This document shows, piece after piece, positions 28,494 through 38,733 of a stretch of DNA of 49,335 bases (position 1 is the stretch's first letter; the number at the start of each line of letters is the position of its first letter). Position numbers and translations under genes: made by a program. The stretch lies in IMG/VR virus record IMGVR_UViG_3300032312_000346, positions 1 to 49,335 of that record. One strand, written 5' to 3'. This DNA is from a virus. Taxonomy: Duplodnaviria; Caudoviricetes. Below the pieces are notes generated by a model that did no database searches, had not been told where the DNA came from, and saw only the letters and a program-made list of their open reading frames with translations.

Positions 28494-30277
28494 CTAGGTA
28501 AAAACTTATTAGGTTTAATTTGTTTGCCTTGTTTCTTATTGCCCGTGCGAGCCTTACGTACTCTATCCATCATGTTGTATAGATGTTTAGCACCTGCATC
28601 TGTTGAGCCATTACCTAAGTGACTAACTACATCAGCGGGTACTACAAACTCACCATCAGCAAGTCGAGCGGGTTGTCTGTCACCAATTGTAGCAGGGATA
28701 TTATCTGACATGCCATCGCCAGGACCTTTTAATAATCGTGGATTACCCCCAGCAGCATAGCCACCTAAATTATAACCTGCAATACCACCACTAGCCATAG
28801 CCGCAGGTGTTGAAGCTGTACCTGTAGAAGTACCCTCAGCCGTACCTTCAGGAGCTGGAGAAGCATATAGCGCAGCAACTTCTGGATTTGTTGCAGCAAG
28901 TAACGGTAGTGAATCAGCTAGTGAGTAATCTCTACCTACCCCACCTTGTGGACCAGTGTATTCACGAGGGGCCATTTGTTCGCTATATTCTGCTCGATAG
29001 TGGTTTTCTATAGGGTCAATTTTATATCTACCTACTGATAAGGGAACGTCGCCAAAAGTTGCAGCTGGTGCATCACCGATATATCTACGATTACGAGTAT
29101 TATTACTACCATACATAGCAGCGGTACCAAAACTTCCTGGTGATAGGGTGTAGTATTGTCCTTTAGCAGAATCATAATACACTTGACCACTATTACCTGT
29201 AGGACCCCCTGGGAAGAACCTAGCAATTCCACCTTTTGCCATGCCACTATATGTATTGATTGCAGGTCCGTAACCATCACTTACAACATCACCACTAATA
29301 GGTGACTGAGATGCCATTGCGTATCGGCTTGAATTATATAGTCCTTGAGGATAGCTTCTACCCCTCATTTCTCTTTCAGCAGCTAAATCAGCAATGCCAC
29401 CCTGTGCATAAGAGCGCATTACGCCGCCTTCTTTAGCACCTCTGAAGTAATCAGTGTACTGAGCTTGTGGGTATGGGTCGGGGCGCGGTGCATCGTAGGG
29501 GGTAAAACTATCACGGTCATACCCAGCCAACGGACTTTTTTCTTCTTTTTCTTCTTCCTCTTTCATTTTTGGGGGATAGAGCATACCATATGCAGCACCC
29601 GCACCACCTGCAGTTATTTCAGGATTTGCAATTGCGAAATCAAATCCTTTGTCTAGCATACTCCCAGGTGTAGGGTTAAACCTACTTTTAAGGTCTACGA
29701 ACGGTCCATTAGGCGTTGTTGGTAATGCGGCTTGTTTTGCTGCTTCTTGCGCTAATGCTTGTTCTGCAGCTGCCTGTTGTACTGCTTGTTGGGCTGTTAC
29801 AGTAGGAGCGGCGGCAATGCCTTGTGAGCCCGCAGAAGATAATGCAGGGTTATAAGTATTAGCTACATTAAGTCCTGTGTTAACGTTTGCAATACCTTGT
29901 GGAACCGATGATTGGACTGCAGAAGATAGTGCAGGATTATAAGTATTAGCTACATTAAGAGCTGTGTTAACACCAGGAGCAGCGCTTGTGATTCCTTGGC
30001 TTACTGCTTCTTTCGCTACTTGATTTGTAGCTTCAGTAGATAACCCTGCAGCGGCGCTATTTGGGCCTATTAATCCCATTGCACCTTGAGTAAGCCCCGA
30101 CATTGCACCGCCTGTTACCCCACCAAGCAACGCTGCTTTTAACGGGTCTTCACCTGTTACGATAGCTTTACCGCCACCAAATGCAGCACCTATAAGTGCA
30201 GCTTCACCGATACCGCCCCCAACATAGAAGGTAAAGGCAGAGGCAAAATATCTACTAAGTGATGAAAACGAAATCAT
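28490..30277 (-). CDS. putative internal virion protein
   Basis: Gly/Ala-rich N-terminus; several AxGG motifs; C-terminal GPGDGMSDNIPA...LADGEFVVPADVV domain. Confidence 0.65.
   Translation of the reverse strand: MISFSSLSRYFASAFTFYVGGGIGEAALIGAAFGGGKAIVTGEDPLKAALLGGVTGGAMSGLTQGAMGLIGPNSAAAGLSTEATNQVAKEAVSQGITSAAPGVNTALNVANTYNPALSSAVQSSVPQGIANVNTGLNVANTYNPALSSAGSQGIAAAPTVTAQQAVQQAAAEQALAQEAAKQAALPTTPNGPFVDLKSRFNPTPGSMLDKGFDFAIANPEITAGGAGAAYGMLYPPKMKEEEEKEEKSPLAGYDRDSFTPYDAPRPDPYPQAQYTDYFRGAKEGGVMRSYAQGGIADLAAEREMRGRSYPQGLYNSSRYAMASQSPISGDVVSDGYGPAINTYSGMAKGGIARFFPGGPTGNSGQVYYDSAKGQYYTLSPGSFGTAAMYGSNNTRNRRYIGDAPAATFGDVPLSVGRYKIDPIENHYRAEYSEQMAPREYTGPQGGVGRDYSLADSLPLLAATNPEVAALYASPAPEGTAEGTSTGTASTPAAMASGGIAGYNLGGYAAGGNPRLLKGPGDGMSDNIPATIGDRQPARLADGEFVVPADVVSHLGNGSTDAGAKHLYNMMDRVRKARTGNKKQGKQIKPNKFLPR
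29832..29971. repeat. in-frame direct repeat of about 53 bp, period 87 bp
   Basis: Encodes VNT(A/G)LNVANTYNPALSSA twice. Confidence 0.8.
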
Positions 30278-30316
30278 AATTTAAATCCTTGTTTATTTGT
30301 CCATATATTATCATTA

Positions 30317-31192
30317 TTATAGTGCCGATACAAACGTTGCAGTTAAAATAACCGACGGAGCTGCAGGATGTATTGGGCTTGTACCAGGAGGGTATGTGCC
30401 AATAACTGTATCTCCAGACTCTGAGTGATACATCAATTGAATATTGTCCCCAGTATTTATAGAAAGCACTATATTCCAAGCAGCTATGGTAGCGCCTAAC
30501 TTAGTACCAGGCCCTGTTGGAATTGTAGCAACGCCAGCACTATAGGGTATATCAATACCATTTTTTCTAAACCAAAAAACTATATTATCTATTGAACTTC
30601 TAGGGTTTAGAAGTTGAGCGCTAAACTGTATGTTATAGTACCCTGAAACGGCAAAAACAATCTTACTGTTGTCTACTGTATCTATACTTACTTGATTGCT
30701 AGTATCTGTTGAGTCAAATGGAATAGCCAATGCCGTTGTTGCATTTGGCACTGCTTGCGCCTCAGTTACATAAACTCCAGCTGCATGAGAAGCTCCTGAA
30801 GAGCCATACTCAGAGCGAGTAATTCCAGTAAATGTGGTTGCTGTTTTTCCTGTGTAACTAATTAATTCTTTTCCAATTATAAGCGTACCAGCAGATGAAA
30901 ACAAAGCGGTAGAGTTTACAACAATAGTTGCCGTTGAACTTGAATTTGGTATAGCATTAGTTAGCGTTGTATAACCATCTTGATGAAATGCACCATTAGG
31001 AAACTGTAAAAAACTACCGCCGTTAATCCCTGCTAGACCAATAGTAAAATTATCCACCTGTGCAAAATATAAACGGAATGCATTAGATAATTGGTCTATA
31101 TATTGTTGACTGTACTCTACAGGCGCGATAGGCAAGTTAGGTGCCTTTGAAGGACGAAGCTGTTGATTTTTTAGCTGTGGGTTAACAACCAT
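30317..31192 (-). CDS. tail/virion structural protein
   Basis: PNLP.AP.EY N-terminus; beta-rich C-terminus GYYNIQFSAQL. Confidence 0.6.
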   Translation of the reverse strand: MVVNPQLKNQQLRPSKAPNLPIAPVEYSQQYIDQLSNAFRLYFAQVDNFTIGLAGINGGSFLQFPNGAFHQDGYTTLTNAIPNSSSTATIVVNSTALFSSAGTLIIGKELISYTGKTATTFTGITRSEYGSSGASHAAGVYVTEAQAVPNATTALAIPFDSTDTSNQVSIDTVDNSKIVFAVSGYYNIQFSAQLLNPRSSIDNIVFWFRKNGIDIPYSAGVATIPTGPGTKLGATIAAWNIVLSINTGDNIQLMYHSESGDTVIGTYPPGTSPIHPAAPSVILTATFVSAL

Positions 31193-33387
31193 TATCTACG
31201 CCCATCAGGTTTAATATCAATACGAGGTACACCTAACTGCCATGCTACGCCTAATTCATTTGACTCAATACGGAATGCTAACTGTCGACCACGAAGCCTT
31301 GTGTATACCTGCCCTGTAAATTCTTGAATGTTATAAGCCCGCGATTCACCATAATTATCAGCACTTACTACAGATGGGTTATTTGCTTGGCTATAAGGAG
31401 CGCCTGAGTTTACACGAGGTTTTATTGTCATTGTAACTGAGGGGTTGTTCACATTAGAGCCGTTAAAGTTTACATCTGGAAGTACGCGCCAAACAAAACC
31501 AAAGTTATGACCATCACCAATATCAAAGTCAGAAGATTGAATATAAGAACTAATAGGAAGTGAAGACTCACCAGCATTATCATCTACCGAAGATTCATGA
31601 TATAATACTCGATGATTATAATCAGTAGCCATAGGATATTGACGAATGCCTGAATCTAACCAAGCAGTACGTGCCATACTGCCATAATACCAAACACGGT
31701 CTAGGTAGTTGTAAATAATATACTTATCAACTGATGTTGAATTGGTTGAGCAATAGAACCACCATACTTCGTTGTAGCCTTCATTACCACCAGCAAATAC
31801 TTGGAATGATTGGTCTTTGTTAATGTCATTAAACACATACTGACGTAAGGCGCAAGGCAGTGTTTCTACCCGACCTGAATACATATAGAACTTATCCCCA
31901 CCCATCCAGTAGGTAACGTTGTTTACCGTAACCATAGAGTTAGGTGACATGACAGAAATATTATCCATCAAAATGTTAAAACCCCATACATAAGGCGCAC
32001 CTAGGTACTGCATGGAATATAACGCTGTATCTGTCCATACTAAGATTTCTTGGCGGGTTGTACGTGCCCCTACAATTACTGAGCCATTAGTTAATGTAAA
32101 CTCACCTGATTGATTTGTTACGTCAGGCACCCACTGGTATGGGTTTAATTGGTCTGACCAACGCACAAGCATGGGGTTAAATACTGTTTCTGAATCATTT
32201 GGGTCGTACGGATTTGAGCCAAAAGCAATAATAAAGCGTTGAATTGAGGATGATACAACTTGTAATGTTTTGTTTGGTACAAACTGCCCTGCAAACCCTG
32301 CGTTAATTGACAAAATGTCAAGTGGCTGGGCATGGTACGATAACCCTAGGCCACCTTGCCAGTATGATATAGCTCCATTACGTGGGGCAATAACAAGGTC
32401 TTGCCCAAAGTTGTCATTTGACCATAATCTTAATTGTTGCCCAACACCCGATATAAAGTTAGAACCCCAAGGGCGAGGTTGTGTAGTTACTCTAGCACTA
32501 GCCCCACCGCCTGATGCAGTTGACGTTGCGCCTGTTGTATAAAATATTTGATATGAATCAACTGTTAGTACTGTGATTTGATAGGTGTCATTTATTTGAG
32601 TTGTAGTGAAACCTGCAAAAGCAGTAGCATTAGAAAAAGTTACATAATTACCCGTTGTATAACCATGCGCAGTTTGATTTACCGTAACTGAGTTAGACCC
32701 GCTGACAGCATCAAATGGTGAGGCCCCTAAGTTTGTAGTAACCCCAACTGTGCCTCCCCAAGGTCCTGTACCCCATCCCAAACCGATGGTAAATATATCT
32801 AGTCCAATAGGAGTTTCATATTCTATTACTACCCCTGTACCACCTGTAAGGGTGTCGCTTGCGTTAGCTAAAACTGGTAGTCCTGTAGTTGGGTCTTTCG
32901 CATTAATAGTATAAGTACCAGGGGTTGTAATGTCTATGATTTCATAGTTCTGATTTAGTACCGCAGAAGTTATATTTCCGCCTAACGATAAAGCACCTGT
33001 AATTATTACAAAATCCCCTTTAGTGGGTCTATATGTAGGGTCAGTAACCCTAATAGTACTTGAGCCAGTAGAAGCTACAAAAGCATTTCCTACAGGAGAA
33101 TTATATACAATTGGAGTGATATCAATGTATTCCCCACCTGATTCAACATAATATTTTTTACTAGTACCAACACCTAAATAGTTACTGCCGTTAAGTGTCG
33201 CCCAATTCCATAAACTACGAGCAACACCTAAATACGAATTATTAGATAGACGTGACCAACCACCAATCTTTTCAGGAAAGCCAGAACGAAAGCGAATCTT
33301 ATCCCCGTCATACCAACCACCTTCGTTAGCATAGTCAGTACCTTCGCGGTTTATCCCTGGTCTATATTCTAGTTTCTGTAATGGCAT
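31192..33387 (-). CDS. tail nozzle / packaged-DNA stabilisation protein (P22 gp10-like)
   Basis: 731 aa, beta-propeller-like; PGINREGT..., RFRSG.PEKIGGW, ends IKPDGRR. Confidence 0.65.
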   Translation of the reverse strand: MPLQKLEYRPGINREGTDYANEGGWYDGDKIRFRSGFPEKIGGWSRLSNNSYLGVARSLWNWATLNGSNYLGVGTSKKYYVESGGEYIDITPIVYNSPVGNAFVASTGSSTIRVTDPTYRPTKGDFVIITGALSLGGNITSAVLNQNYEIIDITTPGTYTINAKDPTTGLPVLANASDTLTGGTGVVIEYETPIGLDIFTIGLGWGTGPWGGTVGVTTNLGASPFDAVSGSNSVTVNQTAHGYTTGNYVTFSNATAFAGFTTTQINDTYQITVLTVDSYQIFYTTGATSTASGGGASARVTTQPRPWGSNFISGVGQQLRLWSNDNFGQDLVIAPRNGAISYWQGGLGLSYHAQPLDILSINAGFAGQFVPNKTLQVVSSSIQRFIIAFGSNPYDPNDSETVFNPMLVRWSDQLNPYQWVPDVTNQSGEFTLTNGSVIVGARTTRQEILVWTDTALYSMQYLGAPYVWGFNILMDNISVMSPNSMVTVNNVTYWMGGDKFYMYSGRVETLPCALRQYVFNDINKDQSFQVFAGGNEGYNEVWWFYCSTNSTSVDKYIIYNYLDRVWYYGSMARTAWLDSGIRQYPMATDYNHRVLYHESSVDDNAGESSLPISSYIQSSDFDIGDGHNFGFVWRVLPDVNFNGSNVNNPSVTMTIKPRVNSGAPYSQANNPSVVSADNYGESRAYNIQEFTGQVYTRLRGRQLAFRIESNELGVAWQLGVPRIDIKPDGRR

Positions 33388-33388
33388 T

Positions 33389-33583
33389 CTATTGGTATTC
33401 CTGCTCTAATGACAATATGTATTCTCCAAGCGCTTTAGCATTTGCTCGGTCTAAACAAATTCCACCGTCACTTTGCTTTTGTATCTGTAGTGTCGGTTTG
33501 GTCGGTTTTACTGGGGTCGTTTGTACGCACCCCGATATTAAAGTGAATGTCAAACCAATCAGCAGGGTTTTGTTCAAGTGCAT
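33389..33583 (-). CDS. lipoprotein, putative o-spanin (Rz1-like)
   Basis: Hydrophobic leader ending ISGC (lipobox-like); overlaps upstream gene; exact start uncertain. Confidence 0.55.
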   Translation of the reverse strand: MHLNKTLLIGLTFTLISGCVQTTPVKPTKPTLQIQKQSDGGICLDRANAKALGEYILSLEQEYQ

Positions 33584-33677
33584 CTCTCGCCTTTTGTGCT
33601 TTTTTGTGCTCTTGACGGGCTACCCACTTATCTAATAAAGCAAGTAACCTGTCGAGTACAGCAAGTAATATCTTCAT
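33468..33677 (-). CDS. putative i-spanin (Rz-like)
   Basis: Hydrophobic/amphipathic N-terminus and helix; follows holin; overlaps lipoprotein gene. Confidence 0.45.
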   Translation of the reverse strand: MKILLAVLDRLLALLDKWVARQEHKKAQKARDALEQNPADWFDIHFNIGVRTNDPSKTDQTDTTDTKAK

Positions 33678-33844
33678 TTTTTATCGGCAGTGAATACGCC
33701 AATAGCACCAATAACTGCTAAACCTAAAGCAATAATTGCTTCACCTTGTTCTGGTGAAATTGCAATACCACCAGCGGTAACTAATGCTACCAAACCACGC
33801 CATGTTGATGCTTCTTTACCACGAGCTAAAATAAAATCTAACAT
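33674..33844 (-). CDS. putative holin (56 aa)
   Basis: Hand translated MLDFILARGKEASTWRGLVALVTAGG...IGAIGVFTADKK; two hydrophobic segments; AGGAG RBS; next to endolysin. Confidence 0.7.
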   Translation of the reverse strand: MLDFILARGKEASTWRGLVALVTAGGIAISPEQGEAIIALGLAVIGAIGVFTADKK

Positions 33845-33867
33845 ATTATCTCCTATTGAGGTTACGA

Positions 33868-34281
33868 TTAAAAAGTTTTTCCTTCTTGAAAGTCAGCAAG
33901 GTTTAAGCCACCAGTATACTGGCAATGTGCTAATTCTTTAAACTTTACCCAACGACCAGCCCATTCAAGTCCTAAGCTTTCAGCAATCTCACCACACTTT
34001 GTAAATAGTGCAGTATCCGACCACATAGCCTTACCGTTAACTAACGGTACAAAATCAAATGCTACACGCCAATTATGAAAACTCTTACCTGCTGATGCAT
34101 TAGTTACCTTCTTTCCAGGCAAAGTGCGTCCTTGTGCATATAGTGCATTTTGTGACTCTGCATCCCTGTAAGTTGACGTAATTAATACATCAATATTGTG
34201 TTTAGCGCAAGAGGCAATGAACTGCTCACACATCTTTTTGACTTTAGGGTGCAGGTCTTCTAGTTTGCGGGAGTTAATCAT
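33868..34281 (-). CDS. endolysin, peptidase M15 (L-Ala-D-Glu peptidase)
   Basis: TYR...Q..LYAQGR, SFHNWRVAFD, WAGRW..F.E..H; start 34281 by TAATG coupling. Confidence 0.9.
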   Translation of the reverse strand: MINSRKLEDLHPKVKKMCEQFIASCAKHNIDVLITSTYRDAESQNALYAQGRTLPGKKVTNASAGKSFHNWRVAFDFVPLVNGKAMWSDTALFTKCGEIAESLGLEWAGRWVKFKELAHCQYTGGLNLADFQEGKTF

Positions 34282-35291
34282 TATCCCGTGCGTCTCCACA
34301 TATAAACAACAACATATGGCTGTAAGTTAGCGTTAGTAGCCGAGAAGCCTTCAACGCTTATAGAACCTGAAGGTGTACCTGCTGATGCTCCATTAACAGA
34401 GATAGCAGTAGTGGCACCTTCGCCGCCTGAACCAATCCAGTTAGCCCTGATATTATTTATAGATAATCTAGCTGTAGCAGCTGCACCAGTATGACTGTGG
34501 TCTGCTAACTGATTGCCAGTAAATGTGTGTCCATGGGATACTAGTGTTGCATCTGCAGTACCACCTGTAGTACCTGCTACAAAAGGAACAGTTCCAGTTT
34601 GTCCAACCATTACTCTACCTGCGCCAAAAGCTTCCCATGTACCAAAGCCAAGTAGTGTAGGTGAAGAAGGATTATTTGCGTTTACAGCGTTGGTATATAT
34701 AGACCCTATCGGGTATATTAACTGAAGAGCCGCTACAGCAGCTGCGTTTACATATTCTGTTGAAGCTAACTTGGTTGAGTTATCATTCGGTGCCTGAGTT
34801 ACTGTATTCCCTGTAATTACATTAGCTGCGAAGTTACCTGAACCATCACGAAGAACAAGAGAATCTGGTGTATTAGTACTTGCATAGTTTTTAGTAACAG
34901 GGAAGAACTGCGCTCCGTTACAGTACACAATCGCTGTAACACCATTAGCAATACTAACACCTGCAAGTGCGGGCGTTTTAATATTTACAGCGTATCCACC
35001 TGCGGTATTATTTGAAATGATGTATGTTTTTTCAACTGGAGGGGCGATGACGTTTCTTACGGCTGAGTTAGTGCCTGTTAACACAAGCACGGCATTTCTA
35101 GCTTCATCAGCAATTCCGTTAAAACTTGATAGGGTGTAATCAACATTAGTCATTCCAATTTGTTCAACACCCGCAATTGCCTGCTCAATCAAAGTGCCTA
35201 AGTTATTATTGGTTGTATTACCCCATGTACCCGATTGGTCGCCAGTACCAATAAGTTCAAGCTTTAATGATGGTGAGAATGTTGATGCCAT
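34281..35291 (-). CDS. tail fibre protein with gp10/gp53-like C-terminal domain
   Basis: LKLEL..TG..SGTWG N-terminus; YPIGSIY...GTW..FG.GRV...NLQPYVVVYMWRRT. Confidence 0.75.
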   Translation of the reverse strand: MASTFSPSLKLELIGTGDQSGTWGNTTNNNLGTLIEQAIAGVEQIGMTNVDYTLSSFNGIADEARNAVLVLTGTNSAVRNVIAPPVEKTYIISNNTAGGYAVNIKTPALAGVSIANGVTAIVYCNGAQFFPVTKNYASTNTPDSLVLRDGSGNFAANVITGNTVTQAPNDNSTKLASTEYVNAAAVAALQLIYPIGSIYTNAVNANNPSSPTLLGFGTWEAFGAGRVMVGQTGTVPFVAGTTGGTADATLVSHGHTFTGNQLADHSHTGAAATARLSINNIRANWIGSGGEGATTAISVNGASAGTPSGSISVEGFSATNANLQPYVVVYMWRRTG

Positions 35292-35345
35292 AATTTAATT
35301 CCTTATTAATTACTGTATTTTAACCTAGATAGCATAAAAACACTA

Positions 35346-35666
35346 TTAAGAAACCCACGGTATTGGTGGTGATACTACTGGTGGATTTTGCTGTGCTTCG
35401 ATTTGATTATCAATCTTAGCTTCGGTTTCATCTTTATCCACGCCACTGTCCCAAATCCATCCTAACACTTGCTCTTTTGTTAAATTAGCATATGGTGTGT
35501 AAGGTACGTCAGTGTCTAATGTCACACCGCAAGTGCCGTATATAGAGCCTGAGTAGATACCGTCAACGCCAGTACAACGCCAGTGAACAGTAAAGACTAC
35601 GTCAGTTAAGCCATCCTTTTCAGGATAGCAGTCCATTTGAGAGATATTCCAATTAAATGTTGTCAT
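35346..35666 (-). CDS. tail fibre-associated (chaperone-like) protein
   Basis: VHW, PY..LT..QVLGW, terminal PW; follows fibre gene. Confidence 0.6.
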   Translation of the reverse strand: MTTFNWNISQMDCYPEKDGLTDVVFTVHWRCTGVDGIYSGSIYGTCGVTLDTDVPYTPYANLTKEQVLGWIWDSGVDKDETEAKIDNQIEAQQNPPVVSPPIPWVS

Positions 35667-35676
35667 GTTAAGTTCC

Positions 35677-36801
35677 TTATGTTGAAGTTATTGTTTGCCA
35701 AGCAGCGCCTGTGTAGACGCATAGTTTTGCTAAAGTAGTATCAAAAACCATTAAACCTGCCGCTGGAGATGAAATAGCGTTTTTCTCTGCCGTAGTCATA
35801 TTAGGCATACGAACACCTTTTGTAGTGCTTTGTACGTCTAGTAAAGCGGATGCGTTTGGGGTAGCTGTACCAATACCTACGTTACCTGATGTATCTATTA
35901 AAAGACGAATAGCAGCAGCTTGTTCGTCTGCAATAACGAGAGACCCATTAGGAGAAAACTGCGAGCCATAGTTTGAGATAGTCCAGTTTCTAGTAGTATT
36001 AGCAAGATTTATACGAGACATGCTTCCATCAGCAGATTGAACTGTAAACACTGTAATATCGCCAGCAACTCCCATTACATCAAATCTTCCAAAAGGGGTA
36101 CTTGTACCAATGCCCACGTTACCTGCTGAGGTAATGCGCATTTTTTCGGTGTTGTTAGTTAAAAAGGTTAATGGTCCTGATGGGAAGACAGCAATTGCGC
36201 CACTTGTTCCATCAGAGTAACCATACATTCCAAGCGTACCAGCAGAAGACAAAGACCATGAACTCGTACCAGATACAGAATTGAGAGCTAAATTTCTTCC
36301 AGCAACAACAGGGTTGGTGTTTGTTGTACCAATGCCTACGTTACCGTTTGCGTCAATTCGCATACGCTCTGAACCTGCTGTGTATAATTGAACATTTCCG
36401 TTAGTTCCAGCAAGTTGACCAAGTTGCAGTGTAAAATCATTAATAATAGAAAATATACGCCCTACATTAGCAGAGGCAACATCTATAATCATACCTGTTG
36501 ATAAATTATCAGCGTTATTAAAATTTATCTGCCCACCTTCGCCACCGCCTCCAAGTAATACAGTTCCACCAGAGACAATAGGAGTATTAAGTGTCTTTCC
36601 TGAAAGCGTTTGGGTATTGGTTGCAGTTGTAATAGCTGCACCGCCTACCGTTCCATTTGTGATAGCGGCATTAGTAATCGTCAATGCGGCAACTGTATCG
36701 CCTGACTGTATTTTGTCTGTGTTTAGGTTGATAAAGTTCGAATCCATCTCATCAAACGTAAGTGGAGAACCTTTCCCTGCTCTTGTAACTATTGTTGACA
36801 T
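35677..36801 (-). CDS. tail fibre/spike protein
   Basis: TRAGKGSPLT..E.D.NF N-terminus; three GNVGIGT repeats; ST.KG...P.MT C-terminus. Confidence 0.75.
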   Translation of the reverse strand: MSTIVTRAGKGSPLTFDEMDSNFINLNTDKIQSGDTVAALTITNAAITNGTVGGAAITTATNTQTLSGKTLNTPIVSGGTVLLGGGGEGGQINFNNADNLSTGMIIDVASANVGRIFSIINDFTLQLGQLAGTNGNVQLYTAGSERMRIDANGNVGIGTTNTNPVVAGRNLALNSVSGTSSWSLSSAGTLGMYGYSDGTSGAIAVFPSGPLTFLTNNTEKMRITSAGNVGIGTSTPFGRFDVMGVAGDITVFTVQSADGSMSRINLANTTRNWTISNYGSQFSPNGSLVIADEQAAAIRLLIDTSGNVGIGTATPNASALLDVQSTTKGVRMPNMTTAEKNAISSPAAGLMVFDTTLAKLCVYTGAAWQTITST

Positions 36802-36819
36802 AATTATCCTTGTCTATAC

Positions 36820-37512
36820 CTAATTATCAGTAACGTATCCGTTAACGTAATACCCATTGAAAACATACATCTCACCAATTATTTCTGACCATGATGGTGT
36901 TTGCGCATTGTTTATCACATACCATCCAAGCGTTTCTATTAATTCAGATAATACCACGTACTCCTGAATAGTTACAGCAAATCCAATCGGACTATTATAA
37001 ACATCACTTACATTTAGTGATTCTGAAACGGTTACATTTTGAAATCTTTCAGCCGTGTATGATTCAGTTAAATTATAGGTGTCATTTAATACTAGGGTGT
37101 AATCAGTAATTGCATTATTGACGTCTGTAACGGTTACGGTTTCGTTTATTGGTATGTTGTAAGATGTAACAGCGTTGTATATTTCTGTTAAACTAAATCT
37201 TTCAGTAATATTATCGCCCTGAATATAACTATCAGTGATACTAATTGTATCTGCCAGTGTATAAACAAAAGTCGCATCTACTGCTTGTGTGTGTGAAATA
37301 TTAACTGTTTCTGTTAGTGCTGCTGGGATTGTTAGCGCTTGTGTATATGTATCAGTTAAGTTTATTGTTTCTGCTTTTGTGAGTAGAAAAAATGCTGTCC
37401 CTGCATTTGTATCTTGTATATTAATAGTCTCATTTATTAATTCAGCAAAAATGCTAGGGCCTCCACCAAGTGTGGCAAAGGGTGCTTGAGAAAATGAGGA
37501 TAAACCAAACAT
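36820..37512 (-). CDS. virion structural protein with ET/DT-type repeats
   Basis: MFG...FSQAPFA N-terminus; periodic (E/D)T(I/V)x(I/L)xD. Confidence 0.6.
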   Translation of the reverse strand: MFGLSSFSQAPFATLGGGPSIFAELINETINIQDTNAGTAFFLLTKAETINLTDTYTQALTIPAALTETVNISHTQAVDATFVYTLADTISITDSYIQGDNITERFSLTEIYNAVTSYNIPINETVTVTDVNNAITDYTLVLNDTYNLTESYTAERFQNVTVSESLNVSDVYNSPIGFAVTIQEYVVLSELIETLGWYVINNAQTPSWSEIIGEMYVFNGYYVNGYVTDN

Positions 37513-37514
37513 AA

Positions 37515-38732
37515 CTAGAGGAAATTCAACGGGCTAGGAGAGGGTCTAATGTTTAAATTACCATATCCGATTATTGGGTCTGTAAAATCAGCTCCTACAC
37601 TAAAGAATGTATTAGGGGGTTGAAATTCACATCCATAAACACCGCCTACCTGAAGCATAACAGAATTCCCGCCTGTTTTAGTAATGGTAGACCCGCCACC
37701 CCCACCATCTATGAAGAAGTTTTGACTAGATGGACTATCAGGTGATTGCATGTTTAAATTTGTTAAAGTGGTATCCCCTATTATCGCATAGCCTACTGTA
37801 CCCTCTGCATTTTTAATACTTAATGAATTATAGGTTAATGTCCCAGTAACTGATGCTACATAATTAAGACCACTGTAATTTAAAATTTCTACGTTATATA
37901 ACGTATTTGCAGTGCTTCCTGCATCTGTTGTATAACTACCAGTTATAAGTGTGCTTGTTCCAGGCGTAAGGACACATGTAGCAGTTGCTACTATTCTATC
38001 AGCTATTATGGTTCTATTACTTAGATTAACTGCTCCTATTAATTGTAGTCCTCTAGCAATTATATTAACTGGTGGGGTGAACCCGCTAACCCTATAATAT
38101 ACATAAGATAAAGGTCCATCGACAGTAGTCCACCCATTATTATATAATACTGAAGTGCTAGTTAAGGTTATATACGCCTCTTCAATAGAAGTCGCTACAT
38201 CATTAGAAGGCCAAGTAATATCTGTATTAACAGTTAGTCCATAAGTTATACTACCCGCATTATTTTTACCTAATACGATTCTACCCCTAAAACCATCCAT
38301 ATTCAATTTGTTAATGGTTGTAGGGTCTACTTGTCGTATTCTATCGGCGCTTGAATACGCGCTTCCAGCGTCAAAATACACTGTATCTGATGTTCCTGGA
38401 GCAGTTACCGTAGTATTAAGTGCGTGAGCATACATTCCACGGGTTGACAAATTTCTAAATGTGTTAACGGTAAAAGACCCCGCCGTCTGCTCTGGGTTTG
38501 AAAATGTAATGGCGGAATTTATTGTAGCAGTCGTCCCAGAAACATATATAGTATGTCCGTTAGCAATGGGGCCTTTTAAGTTAGTAAAAGTAACAATATT
38601 AGTATTAGTGCCCCCAGTCCCCACCTGTGTACCAGAAAACGATGCCCCTGGCGTAGCTCTCCACGGCCCCTGAAAACCACTAGTCCACAAGGAAGTTATA
38701 GAAGTCCCACCAACCCAGTATCTATCTGCCAT
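37515..38732 (-). CDS. tail fibre/receptor-binding-like protein
   Basis: MADRYWVGG start, P...D.VYFD, Thr/Gly/Asn-rich. Confidence 0.55.
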   Translation of the reverse strand: MADRYWVGGTSITSLWTSGFQGPWRATPGASFSGTQVGTGGTNTNIVTFTNLKGPIANGHTIYVSGTTATINSAITFSNPEQTAGSFTVNTFRNLSTRGMYAHALNTTVTAPGTSDTVYFDAGSAYSSADRIRQVDPTTINKLNMDGFRGRIVLGKNNAGSITYGLTVNTDITWPSNDVATSIEEAYITLTSTSVLYNNGWTTVDGPLSYVYYRVSGFTPPVNIIARGLQLIGAVNLSNRTIIADRIVATATCVLTPGTSTLITGSYTTDAGSTANTLYNVEILNYSGLNYVASVTGTLTYNSLSIKNAEGTVGYAIIGDTTLTNLNMQSPDSPSSQNFFIDGGGGGSTITKTGGNSVMLQVGGVYGCEFQPPNTFFSVGADFTDPIIGYGNLNIRPSPSPLNFL

Positions 38733-38733
38733 T

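Noticed and set aside
35860-36350. Repeated DNA in the tail fibre as a diversity-generating retroelement
   Set aside because: Repeats are in-frame GNVGIGT protein repeats; no reverse transcriptase or adenine-specific TR/VR pair seen
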